Shown here piece after piece: positions 1 through 11,900 of a DNA stretch of 64,000 nt. The stretch lies in NCBI GenBank assembly GCA_013265495.1, contig MU057448.1:26181-90180 (forward strand), given 5' to 3'. The number at the start of each line of letters is the position of its first letter. The first letter of the stretch is position 1. The notes under the pieces are model-generated. The model worked only from the letters and a program-made list of their open reading frames with translations, made no database searches and was not told the DNA's origin. The DNA is from Vicugna vicugna (lineage: Eukaryota). The position numbers and the translations under genes are program-made.

Positions 1-1211
1 TCCTATTTTGGAAGCTCAGCTTGTTGTTTTCAGAGACCCTCCATTGGCGCCCTCTTCTGTGCTGCTCCCAGCAGCTGTCGGCAAGCAGATCGCGCCTCCT
101 CCTAACACGGGGTCAGGTGCAGCTCTCCTCTGCTGTGGGCAGGAGGGTCACTGCCCCTCCGGATGCCGCAGTCAGATGTTGCAGACTGGCCAGGTAGGAG
201 GGCGGGTCATGCCCCCTCCCAGCACCTCGATCAGGGGCTGTGTTCCTGCCCGACAGGCGGGGGGCCGCTCTCCCTCTACCTGCGCCTCCGGTAGCTCAGC
301 TGCTCTGTGCGGTTGCACGCTCCGCCCTGGTCGGCGCTCCGCGGGTGGGCTCAGGGAAGACGGAGGGACAGCCTTGTCCCTGCTCGGAGCCCAAACACAG
401 CTCCTTGTTTGTCTTTGTGGAGCAAGTTCTCTGAGGGACCAGGATGGAAGGATCCTATCTGCCCCGGGCTGTAGGCCCGTCTCAATCTGGCCTTTGAGGC
501 TGCTGAGCCCTTTGGTGCGGATGCAGGTTTCGCCCCCGCCCCCGCCTGGTTGCTCAGAGCCGGAGGATATGGCAGCTGTGCCTGAGCCCCCCCCTCTTCC
601 CCTGAAAAGTTTCCACGGGTTTTCAGAGATGGGGTATGCACCCTTCCCCCGAGAGCACATCAACCTTGCAGTTTTATGGAGGGCCCAGGTTGTTCTGCCC
701 TTTACACCCACAGTCATGGCGCCCAGCCTCTTGCAGTCCCCCAGAGCTGCCTCCGTGCAGCCGCCCCCGCCCTCCGCCGGGTTGTGCAACCTGGCCCTGC
801 CCACCGCTGCCGGCCCGCGTCTCAGGCTGGGTGTCGGGGGCACGCTCTGTGCCCGTTTAACTTAGTTCTGTCAGACAAGGGCTGCTCTGTACAGATCCGA
901 GCCTCGGAGGCTCCCCCTTCGTCCCGCTGGCCTCTCAGTTGGAGGGGGGAGACCCAGCGAGCGAGCGCCAGTCCTTCTTTGCTGCTCCCTCCCCGCGGGA
1001 CCCATCCCACGCTGCTTTGCCTTTTGTTCTTTCTTTTTTCCTTTTCTCCTACCAGATTTTTGGCGTCTTTATCTTTTGAAGAGGGCGATGTTCTGTCGGA
1101 GTTCCGCAGGTGCTCTGGTTGGCTGAGTGGGTCTGTAGATGTGGGTCTTGGTGTATTTGCGGGAGAGGGTGACTTACCAGAGTTCTTCTACTCCGCCATC
1201 TTCTCCGTCTC
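1..1211 (-). mobile_element. LINE-1 5' UTR / internal promoter, CpG-rich; the element continues off the left edge
   Basis: Minus strand begins GAGACGGAGAAGATGGCGGAGTAGAAG, a typical L1 5' start with a YY1 AAGATGGC site. The GC/CpG-rich 1.2 kb ends abruptly at AT-rich flank around 1212. Confidence 0.8.
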
Positions 1212-1710
1212 TCATTATTTTTTTATTTTAAAAGTAAAAAGGTGTTTCCAGAAGACATCTCCTATTGACCTCATAATTTTAGTTTGGGAGATTCCTTCAA
1301 CCCCATACCACTCAACTTCAATTTTCAGAAACCCTAGTAGGCGGGTGAGAAACTTATAAACTAGGTCCTATTCGCCTGCAGTGCCCTGGTGGTGTGTCCT
1401 TCGGCTCAGATAATGTGTTCCTGCTCTTCTTCTGAGACGTGGAAATAACATAGCTTCCTCTTACTCCACGGGTTTGCAGGGGAGGTCAAATCACACAATG
1501 TGGAGACTTCTCGAAGGAGTAGGTGAGGATGTTTAGGGGGATTATGGGGCCTTTGCCTCCTGCATTGATCTGGTTTTAGTTATGCTGTTTATTTGGAAAT
1601 TTAAAGCGTCATTAAGGGAGCTCATAAATTGTACCATTTTTCACAGTGGGACATGGTTTGAAAACTCTGAGTCGGAGTATTTACTTTGGATACATGTTCT
1701 TATCAGGTTC

Positions 1711-3401
1711 AGGGAGATGACGTTGGCTTGGGGAGATGTGGGCTGGGGAGATGTGGGTTGGAGACATGATGTGGGCTTAGGGAGATGATTGAGCTTGGGG
1801 AGATAATTGGGCTTCGGGAGATGATGTGGGCATTTGGAGACTATGTGGGCTCAGGGAGATGATGTGAGCTTGGGGAGATCATGTTGACATGAGGAGATGA
1901 TGTGAGCTTTGGGAGATCATGTTGGCTTGGGGAGATGATTGGGCTTGGGGAGATGATGTGGGCTTGTGGAGATGATTGCACCTGGGGTGATGATGTGGGC
2001 TTGGGGAGATGATTTTCGCTTGGGGAAATGATGCGGGCTTAGGGTTGTGACGTCGGCTAGAGGACATGTGGGCCTCGAAACATAATGTGGGCTCAGGGAT
2101 TCTATGGGGGCTTGGGGAGATAATTCAGGCTTGGTGAGACTATGTGGTCTGGGGGAAATGATGCGGCTTGGGGAGATGATGTGGGCTTTGGGAGATTATG
2201 CGGGCTTGGTGAGAAGATGTGGGTATGGCGAGATGATTGGGTTTAGGATGATGATGCTGGCTTGGGGTGGTGATTTGCCTTGGGGGTTGATGCGGGTTTG
2301 GGGAGATAATGTGGGCTTGGGGAGATTATGAGGGCTTTGGGAGATGATGTGGGCTTGGGGAGATTATGCGGGCTTTGGGAGATGATGTGGGCTTGGGGAG
2401 ACTATGTGGTCTCAGGGAGATGATGTGAGCTTGGGGAGATCATGTTGGCTTTGGGAGGTGATGTGAGCTTGTGTAGGTCACGTTGGCTTGGGGAGATTGT
2501 TTGTTCTTAGGGGCATGATGCAGCCTTAGGGTGGTGAGGTCGGCATGGGGACATGTGGGCCTGGAAACATCATGTGGGCTTGGGAAGTCGATGCGGCCTT
2601 GGGGAGATGATGCAGGCCTGTGTAAATGATGCGGGCTTGCAGATATTACGCCGGCTTTGGGACATGACACAAGCTCGGCTACATGATGCAGGCTTGGGAA
2701 ATGATTCGGGTTTGGGGAGATAATATGCATTTTGGGAGATTTGGGCTTGGGGAGATAATGTGCGCTTGAGTAGATGATTGGGTTTAGGGAGATGACTGGG
2801 CTTAGGGAGTTGATGCGGGCTTGGGGAGATGATGTGGAATTGGGGAGATGTGGGTTGTAGACATGATGTGGGCTTGGGGAGATAATAGGACTGTGGGAGA
2901 TGACTCACGCTTGGGGTAACGAAGCAGTCTTGCAGATATACTGCAGGCTCAGGGAAATGATACAGGCTTTGGGAAATGACGTGGGCTTGGGAGATCATGC
3001 AGGCTTCGGGAGATGATTTGTGCTTGGGGACATGATACAGGCTTAGGGTAGTGAGGTCGGCTTGGGGACGTTGGCCTCAAAATGATGTGGGCTCGGTGTG
3101 TTGATGGAGGTTTGGGGAGATGATGTGGGCTTGAGGAGACTATGTGAGCTCGGGGAGATGATGTCAGCTTGGGGAGATCATGTTGGCTTGGGGAGATGAT
3201 GTGGGCCTGTGTAAATGATGTGGGCTTGCAGATATTATGCTGGCTTGGGTACATGACACAGGCTTGGCTAGATGATGCGGGTTTAGGAAATGAGGGATTG
3301 GGGAGACTGTGCCTTTTCTGAGATTTGGGCTTGGGGAGATGATTGGGCTTCGGGAGGTGACACGGGCTTGGGGAGATTTGGGCTTGGAGACATGATGTGG
3401 G
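1711..3401 (+). repeat. G-rich tandem array, ~19 bp unit GGGCTTGGGGAGATGATGT
   Basis: Continuous degenerate copies are visible directly. Diagnostic variant blocks recur roughly every 500-700 bp. Confidence 0.95.
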
Positions 3402-3404
3402 ATG

Positions 3405-4553
3405 TAAAAGAGCAGGAAAATACAGTGAACTTTTTTTATTAAAAATAAAATACTGATCAATAAATTATCACTAAGTATAGATTATAGCATGTCTGTGACT
3501 ATATCCAAAAGCTCCTTGTACTGAAATTGGATGCCCGGTGGAGTAGAGCGTTGCTTTTCATCACACGTAGGAGAATGACACCCAAATCTCGGTTTCTGAA
3601 CTGGCTAGCCTTTTTCCTCCTTACCATCAGTGGAAATGATAAAGTAATCTCTCCGTTCGTCTATCTAAGGAGTGAGATCACAGCCAGAAACTAGAATGCC
3701 TGCCATTAGTAGCAACAGTTTTGAGATAATGGAAAGTTCATTAACTCCTATGGGAAATATGAACAGCCTCTCCTTGGATGAGGCCATTGTGAATGTCACT
3801 ACATCACTGTTGCAGGCAAAAGGATTTGAATTCTAAATATTGCTTTATCCAATGGACCAGAAATGAAACCCCCAGAAGATATAGTTACATATATAGGCTT
3901 TTAAAACACTTTATACTTTCTGTACCTATAGTATTGGTTTTTAAACTATGTAAGTATACAAATTCATACACACACATGTTTGAAGATGACTAAAGAAAAT
4001 ATCTCAGCATTCATTTTCTTATTAGCCTTTTCTGCCTCCTTTTGTTGGGAAAGATGATGGGCCAGGATTTCATCTTGTATTACTCTGGCATTCTGCTCTC
4101 GAGAAAGTTTTCTCTGAGCGTCTTTTCACTCTTCTAAAACCTGGAGACATATTTCATTAGATTTTGGGTTTTATATGATGAAAAAAAGTAAAAAAAAAAA
4201 AAGCTTAGAAGGGAAATCTTTTTTTAAAAAATCAAAAAACTAAAAAAAGAAAGATGCAGCCTTTTTAAGCACAAGGATCCTTATCGCACATAAATAACTC
4301 AAATTCTACTTTAAATGACAGCTAAAGTTATCACAGAACAAAAACACAGGAGGACGTAGTTTTGTGAAAGAAAACTTCGTTATAAATCATTTAACCACTT
4401 CCATCACAGTTTCAAGGCAATTTAGCCTGTACTTTAACCTAAAAAAGCCAAAATTAACACTTGGATTTGAATTAAGACTATTACTTTGTTGAGTGGGCCA
4501 AAACCGTCAATCATTATGTTAATAATTAAGCTCAATTTACCTTCCATTCCTTC
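3405..4553 (-). pseudogene. Duplicated ANKRD26-like gene fragment (intron plus dead exon 4003-4140), paralogous to 27115-28488
   Basis: Colinear high similarity to 27115-28488. The exon copy reads [45 protein letters not shown], with CGA>TGA and donor GT>AT. Confidence 0.9.
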
Positions 4554-4687
4554 AGTTACGGTGGGGATTGTCCTGCTCTGGAAGCAGCTTCTAACCTGAG
4601 CAACAGGTCTCTCAATGCAGCAGCAATAAACCCCCTCTTCACAGCCTCCACCTTGTCAGATGCAGACTTTTTCTTTTAATTAGGGAA

Positions 4688-4821
4688 TTTTTTTTTTCTT
4701 TTGGGTGGTGCGGGAGGTAATTAGGTTTATTTATTTATTTTTAGAGCAGGTACTGGGGATTGAACCCAGGGCCTCACGCATGCTCAGCATGTGCTCTGCT
4801 ACTTGAGCTATACCCTCCCTC
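4688..4821 (-). mobile_element. tRNA-Ala-derived SINE (camelid Vic-1 type)
   Basis: Reverse complement GAGGGAGGGTATAGCTCAAGT...GCTGAGCATGC...GGGTTCAATCCCCAGTACC, A-rich tail, TAATTAGGGA target-site duplication. Confidence 0.85.
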
Positions 4822-5603
4822 TAATTAGGGAGATTTTAACAGCTTAACAAAGAAGTGAACCCAATAGGTCTGCTATTCCACCCCAGCCTTGCAGTTTTCT
4901 CTCCTTCTCCACAGTAGGGAGGTTCCTTTTTCAGTGCCTACAGCTTCAACCCTGCCTCCTGGAACACATGCTGTGTGTAATGTGGAAAGTTCCTAGTTGT
5001 GAGCATGAGGTTAAGAGTCCCTTAAAATAAAGGATTCCATTGAATTTGTTGCAGAAGGTTTGGTGTCTTTTTTCCTAATCCTCCACTTACATGATCTTCA
5101 TTTGGAACTCAGGACACATGGGTCCTTTCTCCAGGGGTTCCCGTGTTAACACTTTATCCACATAGCCCAGTCTCGTGCACACTCTACTTGGCTTTTCTCT
5201 CTGTCTCTTTCATCTTCTTCAACTTTATTCCCTTTACAGGTTTTTCTACAATATTTTCTTTACCTTTTTTCGAAGTATTTTTCATCAGTTCCACTCCTGT
5301 TTAATCTTTCTCAGAAGCACAAGTTCACACACACACACGAGTCCCCCAAATCTGTGTTTAGGTGCCATTTTACTGGGCTGTCTCTGTGTTTGACTTAAGA
5401 TTTTCATTATTCCACAATATCACCACATTCCAGGAGAGACAACCATTTTCCTGTGAACTTCTCATTTTGATCCACAGGTCTCAGTAAAATGGAGAAGAGT
5501 CACAGACAGACAACATTGCTTTGTTTAAGATGCTGGCCATACATAAATACATTGCACCTGTTCCCAAAGACGAACCTGTGCATGTGACCTGACTGGTCAT
5601 TTG

Positions 5604-5617
5604 GCGCCACCTGCTGG
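5604..5617 (-). promoter_or_regulatory. Candidate CTCF site
   Basis: Minus strand CCAGCAGGTGGCGC fits the CTCF core consensus exactly. Motif only. Confidence 0.4.
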
Positions 5618-5774
5618 ACACAAAGAGTCACAGGCTGGGAAATCAGATCTGAGTTCATGATTATCAGGAGCCCAGAGTTGACCTAGAACTGTGCTGAGCA
5701 AATTACTTCCTGCTGGAACAAAGACTTATATCCCTTTAGAACAAACCTCTCCAACTCCTGATAAATATCTCTTG

Positions 5775-6175
5775 GCTAGATTATGATGTCCAGTTGCTTG
5801 GTCAAACACCAGTTTAGATGTTTCTGTGAACGTATATTTCAGGTGTGAATCAGTAACTTTGAATAAAGCTGATTACCCTCCATAATGTTGATGGGCCTCA
5901 TCCAATCAGCTGAAGGCCTTCAGAGCAAAGACTGAGGTTCCCCAAAGTGGAGGGAATTCTTTTCATGGCTGAAGCATGGAAACCCAATCTGAGTCTCCAG
6001 ACTATCATCCCTCGGGATTTAGACTCAAGACTGCAACATTAACTCTTACCTGAATTTCCAGGCTGCAGGCCCACCCTACAGATTTCAGACATGATAGAAA
6101 GCTAGAAAGACAGACAGACAGAGATAGAGGTACTCTATTATTTTCATTTCTCCCTTGGAGAACCCTAAGTAATCA
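5775..6175 (+). mobile_element. MLT2-like (ERVL) LTR
   Basis: Characteristic GATTACCCTCCATAATG..GGGCCTCATCCAATCAGCTGAAGGCC and terminal TGGAGAACCCTAA motifs. Confidence 0.75.
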
Positions 6176-6279
6176 TACTGTATCCCAGCGACAGGGGTAG
6201 AGTTATGTTAATAGTTACAGCAAAGTACATTGCGGTCATCATCTCATGAGATATATAAATTAAATCATTATGCTGTACG

Positions 6280-8288
6280 CCTTAAACTTGTAATACCGTG
6301 CTGCATGTCAATTATACCTCAATAAAACTGGAAGAAATAAATTGCAATTTGGGAGACACAGATTTGGGTAAAACTGAGTGTTTCAAGGAAGGGAGTCAGG
6401 GGCTCATAAAGACAAAAAGCCAAGAGGCTGTCAAAAGTTGCCTGATGAGAATTGTGACACTGACGTGCCAGTCAGAAAACATGTGTCCTTAAGGAATCAC
6501 AGCTTATTTCAGGGTGGGGGCTTAGTAAGTAGCTGAAGTTTCTGTCAGGTGTTCCGGATGACTTCATTAGGGCAATAAGTGCTCACAGGGCCGGATTCTC
6601 TGTGGGCTGAGATGTACATAAGTCACACCTCCTTAGTGAGTCCTCTCGAGCAATGCAGAATCCATTTTTACTTTTCCTTCACAAAGGCAGTCTTCTGCTG
6701 ATGGGAGCAGTGACCCCAGCTCAGCCTGGAGGACATTCAGGTGAGCTGAAGCTCACTGGCTAGTGCTGTAGGAACAGCGGAGTTTGCCATCGATCTCTTC
6801 CCTGCAGGAGAGGCAGTGCCCATGCCAGCTGTAACTGAGCACAGCTACCTGTGCTCAGGTTTGTGTGGGGGTGGGGAGCAGTCCTCCACCCTCCTAGGCT
6901 CATCTGGCTGGTCTAAGAATTAACCTGACATGAGGCAAACTAACAGGAGAATAAACAAAAATTGAATAACATGTATACTTCCCGTCTATACCCATGGGAG
7001 ACAGCCAGGGTAAACGGAGTGAGCTCACCAAGAAGGCGGCAGCCCTCACCTTCAACACCACCTTCAGCTAAAGACTAAAGAGGATGCTGTAGGCAGCGGT
7101 CAGTTAGAGGTCGGTCACATGGAACACTCGGAGGAATGAGAAGCTCAGTTAGACAAGGGCCGGAAAGGTGTCACTTTGGTTTAGACGTGGGAGCCATAAG
7201 TGACTCGCTGTGTGGGGATGGAGGAAGGGGAGACACACCAGAGTGGGTGGGGACAGACTGCTGGTGGGGAAGCAGGCAACTTCTTCAGGAAGTTTGTCGT
7301 CAGAAGTAAGACTGTCTGGCTTACGTGAGAGAGAAAGAGGGAGGTGTTTACAGAGAGGGGAATTTGAAATCATCACTGAGAAGGAAGAAGGTGCAAATTA
7401 ACTAAATAAAAGTAGCAGGACCACTGGGCAGTGCGTGACTTTCTTCAGCAGCACTTAGATGCCTGGGGGGATGTAAGGGGGGAAGAATGATAATCAGTCT
7501 GTTGTGTAGTTGGGAGTTTTGCCAAGTAAGCACACTGAAAGGACAGAAAAGGGAATAAAGGTTGTAAGTAGGAGTTACTAAAATTTTAGCTCCTGGAAAT
7601 TGTTGAGAAGGAGAATATTTCCTTTACTGGCTTACATTCAGTGATTGGGAACCTACAAATTAAATTGACTAAAGCAGATTACTGTGAGAAAAAAATTACA
7701 TATGAATACATGCAAGAGTTCACGAAGAAGTGTGATTTGAGGGGTGGCTAGATTTGGGGGCTTATATACAATTTAATAAGTGACAGGAAAAGGAGAAAGG
7801 CATTTTCTGAAAGACAAATGACTTCTTGGTGAGGGGGAGAGAAAGGGCACTTATGGTAGAACAAGTGACACTTAGGAAAGAAAAATAACGCCTTACGAGA
7901 ATGTACAGGAGAGATGGCAGGTTTGTGACAATGTCCATTTGGGTCTGGTGCTCGGAACTTGTCTCTAATTTTAAGACTGTTTCCAAAAACCTTAAACTTG
8001 TAATACCGTGCTGCATGTCAATTATACCTCAATAAAACTGGAAGAAATAAATTGCAATTTGGGAGACACAGATTTGGGTAAAACTGAGTGTTTCAAGGAA
8101 GGGAGTCAGGGGCTCATAAAGACAAAAAGCCAAGAGGCTGTCAAAAGTTGCCTGATGAGAATTGTGACACTGACGTGCCAGTCAGGAAACATGTGTCCTT
8201 AAGGAATCACAGCTTATTTCAGGGTGGGGGCTTAGTAAGGGGCTGAAGTTTCTGTCAGGTGTTCCGGATGACTTCATTAGGGCAATAA
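6280..8288 (+). repeat. Near-identical ~300 bp direct repeat (6280-6578 and 7990-8288); the second copy runs into the N gap
   Basis: Offset 1710 bp with about 3 mismatches. The duplicated ORF-track entries at 6298 and 8008 reflect it. Confidence 0.9.
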
Positions 8289-8412
8289 NNNNNNNNNNNN
8301 NNNNNNNNNNNNNNNNNNNNNNNNNNNNNNNNNNNNNNNNNNNNNNNNNNNNNNNNNNNNNNNNNNNNNNNNNNNNNNNNNNNNNNNNNNNNNNNNNNNN
8401 NNNNNNNNNNNN
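8289..8412. other. Assembly gap (124 N)
   Basis: Run of N. Confidence 1.
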
Positions 8413-8819
8413 GCCTGATGGCAACGAGTGTTGTGATCCATCAGAACACTGAAACACCACAGCAGATCCAAACGCTGTCTGTCTAAATCTTTAGGTCTAT
8501 AGACAGCGATTAACGCTAGAAAATGCAAAAAATCAACACTGCTCAGAATCAACGACAAGTTTGGTGGGTGGTTGGCTGTTGTTTAAACAGCTGGCATCGG
8601 GGCTCAGTTTGAGTATGTAATACTCCAAAGTGCCGGGTTTTATTCCCAAAATCTGCTTAAAAGTCAATGAGATGCAGAGAAACGTGGTTCAAAGTACTAC
8701 ATAAATTTTAATCATGCACACCTGATACAAAAGTATTTTCCTTTAATGAACACAGTCAGTATCTTACTTAACGGGAAACAACTAAAATGTGAGGCAAACA
8801 GCCCAGCAGGTAAATGTTT

Positions 8820-8962
8820 ACTATTTGTTTTGTAGATCACATACTCTTTCTTCAAAATGTCCACATATTCTTGACGTGCATTCGAAACCAGACCTTGACT
8901 TAGACTTCACTCGTCCATCGAGCCTACGAGAGTCTGTAGGACTGATTGAAGTTCAGTACTGG
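8820..8962 (-). pseudogene. ANKRD26-like terminal exon, decayed
   Basis: Reads [42 protein letters not shown], matching the ANKRD26 C-terminus (..SREYVQVLKKNYMI). In-frame TGA at 8907-8909. Confidence 0.85.
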
Positions 8963-11900
8963 CTGGAAAGAAAAGGAAAATTTAGATTCTTTACTTAAAA
9001 TACTTCATAGGTAACTAAATGTCAGTTTATTTTTTAAGAAAAGCTGAGACTTTTCTAAGTTTTAAAAAGAATGAAAAAATCTATATAAGATTACAACACA
9101 AAATACAAGATAACTACTCTAGACTTTGCCCAGGGCTGCACGTTGAATTAACTGCTCTTGTGGCTAAGAATCAGAGCACCTGGTTTTCTTATTCTTCATT
9201 CATTTACTCAGCAACCATGTGCTAAGGCACTGTGACAAGCACTGAAATCACAAGTTGAAGATGACAGTCCACCCTGAAAGATCTTGTACCATAAACTGGA
9301 AAAATAGATGAACAGGCAATTTCGGTACAGAGACATAAATGCCATGACAGGTATAAAAGAGGGCACAGTTGGAACACTCAGAAGGGACGTCCAGCTTTGT
9401 GTCAATACTGTCTGCTCTTTGGTGGCCATGATGTGTAAGCAGATACCTGAAGGAGGAGAAGAAAGTGTGGGACGGAGAGGCATGAAGCAAACACGAAGAG
9501 CAGAGGCAGGATGGGCACCCGAGGAGCTTGACGCAGTCTGACCAGTCACTGGAGCAAAGGGGCAGAGCAGGGGAGTAAAGGGATACGGCTGAAGACTTTG
9601 GCAAGAGCCAAATCAATGTGGGTGTTTTTCTCCCAAGCTAAGGAATTTGAAATTTTTCCTGAGGGAAAAAGTTTAACCAGTGACAAAGCGAATGACAAGA
9701 AATTTAATTGTCATCCACCAGGTGACAGCTACATGAACTGTGGTTGCTTGAGTCTGGGTTTTTGGCCTCAGTCACTACCAGAAACTTGAGAAGCTGATGA
9801 CCTCCATGCTTTCTGAGAACAGGCCCGTGTGTAGGTGACAGGCCCACGGGGACAGCAGGAGAGGAAGGGGACAGCCAGAAATAGAGAGAGAACACAGACT
9901 TCTTAAGTTTTTTTTTAAAGCAATGGATCATGATGAGTAAATGAAGAATAAGTATATTTATCATTATGAATGAAATTATGCTTTCACATTTTTCATTAGA
10001 TATGTGTAAGAAAAAACTTTAACATAGTATCTGTTATTCAAACAATAGAAAGAAGTGCCATTTTCTGTTTGCAGTGTAGTACGGAAATCAATATCTAAAT
10101 TTAATTCAGAAATGTTGGCGACATACCTTCTTTTAATTCTCTAGCTATATTATTCATCGAACTTCTGCATATAAGTCAAATATTATTATTAATATTTAAG
10201 TTAAACAAGAAACACTATCATAGGAATGACAGCTAGCTTATGAAATGTGGCCTTTAAATAATACTTTTAGGGACTTGACCTAACTTGGGGATTGTTTAAA
10301 TAGAAAAACAATCACATGAATAAAAGTAAAATAAGTTCCTACTTACTTTGATTTTAGATAACAGAGAACATACATATGTAAGGCTATTTAGATTCACCTG
10401 ATGAAAAGCACAGTAAACACTGCCCTGTCGGATACACAGAATCTCAGAGGGCGATGCCCGATCTTATTGGCACAAAAAGTTTCAACAGTTCATGTTTCAC
10501 ACTGCATGCATTACTCTGCAGTTCTTAGGAAAACTGTCCTTTATAAAAGTTTAGCTTTTTTAATGTTACTGGATTTTTCCTAAAAATGAGCTTTCCATTC
10601 CTGCACTTTTAGAAAACTAAAATTTTAAGGTCTGTTCTATGCTAATGTTTTTAGCACAGAATCGTAGATACATAAAATGAAGGGGTTCTGTTATAATGTC
10701 AAGTGAAAATTCTACTGGCAAACAAGTTAAACAAATGTATTTTGCTCTCTGTGATGACTAAAATATTTATGTCAGAAAATCTGCTTGAAGAAAAGAAAAG
10801 GAGAGGCTAGCGCCAGTTTTCAAAGTTGGTTTCTGATTCACAACTTCCTAGAGTGAGAAACAAGGAAAACAATACCTAATTCTTTAACTGTAACTTTGTT
10901 TCCATTCTGGAAACTAGGGCCAACTTTTTGAAACTTGACTTAATTAGTTACGTATTTAATTATGAAATGTGTGGGGACACTTCAAACTGAAAGTCTCCCC
11001 ATCTAGATTGTTCTTTTAAAATCTTTCTTATGAAAGTCACCCGCTCACTAAACAGGGTCTAAAATAGTACATGAACATAATAAACACTGTGGTGATAACA
11101 GCGACATGAGAGCCGAGGCCTTTGTAAATGTTAGGTGCAAAGACAAGGTTTTTGGCTACCGTTTGCCAATATTTTCAGAGCCTGTTTTCCATAACATTGT
11201 CTGATAAGAGCATTCTAGAGAGGTCTTATGCCATCAAGAACGTGACAACAGTGCCAAGCGGGTCCTGTGAAGTGAAAAACACCTAGCAGATGAAGGGAGA
11301 AGCCTTGACTGAAATAATTTCATATAACCATTAATAAACACTGCAAAATGTAGATCACACATTTACATGAGTTGAATGTAAGATTACTATCTTTTCCTCT
11401 GCAAAGATGTTTTCCTAAATAGGTACTTCTGGGACCTTTATCTTTATTTCTAGGTAAGGACCCCCATGTCCAGATGGTGGAAGTGGTATGAAGTCCAACA
11501 TTAATAAGGAGAAGGCACCTGCAGTTTTACTTAAACTTTTCCATTTAACAAAAATACAGAAAGGTGAGAAAATCATACACAGGAAGACAATGTATCAGCA
11601 AGATTTAATTCTAATGATTTTTAATTAGGAGGATTCTCTCATAACTGGCAGTTTGCAGACTATGTCCCATAGAAATGGAAGGTCCCACTGGGGACACTGC
11701 AGGATTGAGGTCAAAACTGAGGTCACAGGCTGGAAGATAATGCTGCCCTCTCTTTCCGAGATCAATTTGATAAAAACACACTTGCCAACACGTATACACA
11801 CACGTTCATTTCTGAAGTGAATATGTTTTCAGATTATTAATACTTTTAAGTTAAACTTGGTATCATTCTTACTTTAAATGTTATAAAAATAAGTACAATT

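Noticed and set aside
8..865. 285-aa and overlapping ORFs, as a possible ORF0-like antisense L1 protein
   Set aside because: Starts at TTG, lies in a GC-rich L1 5' UTR where stops are rare, several frames are open at once, and there is no recognisable domain.
1711..3401. CRISPR-like array or Pro/His/Ser-rich protein ORFs
   Set aside because: There are no unique spacers and the context is eukaryotic; the ORFs are translations of the tandem repeat.
3793..3993. ORFs shared between ~3793 and ~27353-27690, suggesting a conserved small gene
   Set aside because: The similarity is explained by duplicated intron sequence, and the frames are not conserved between copies.
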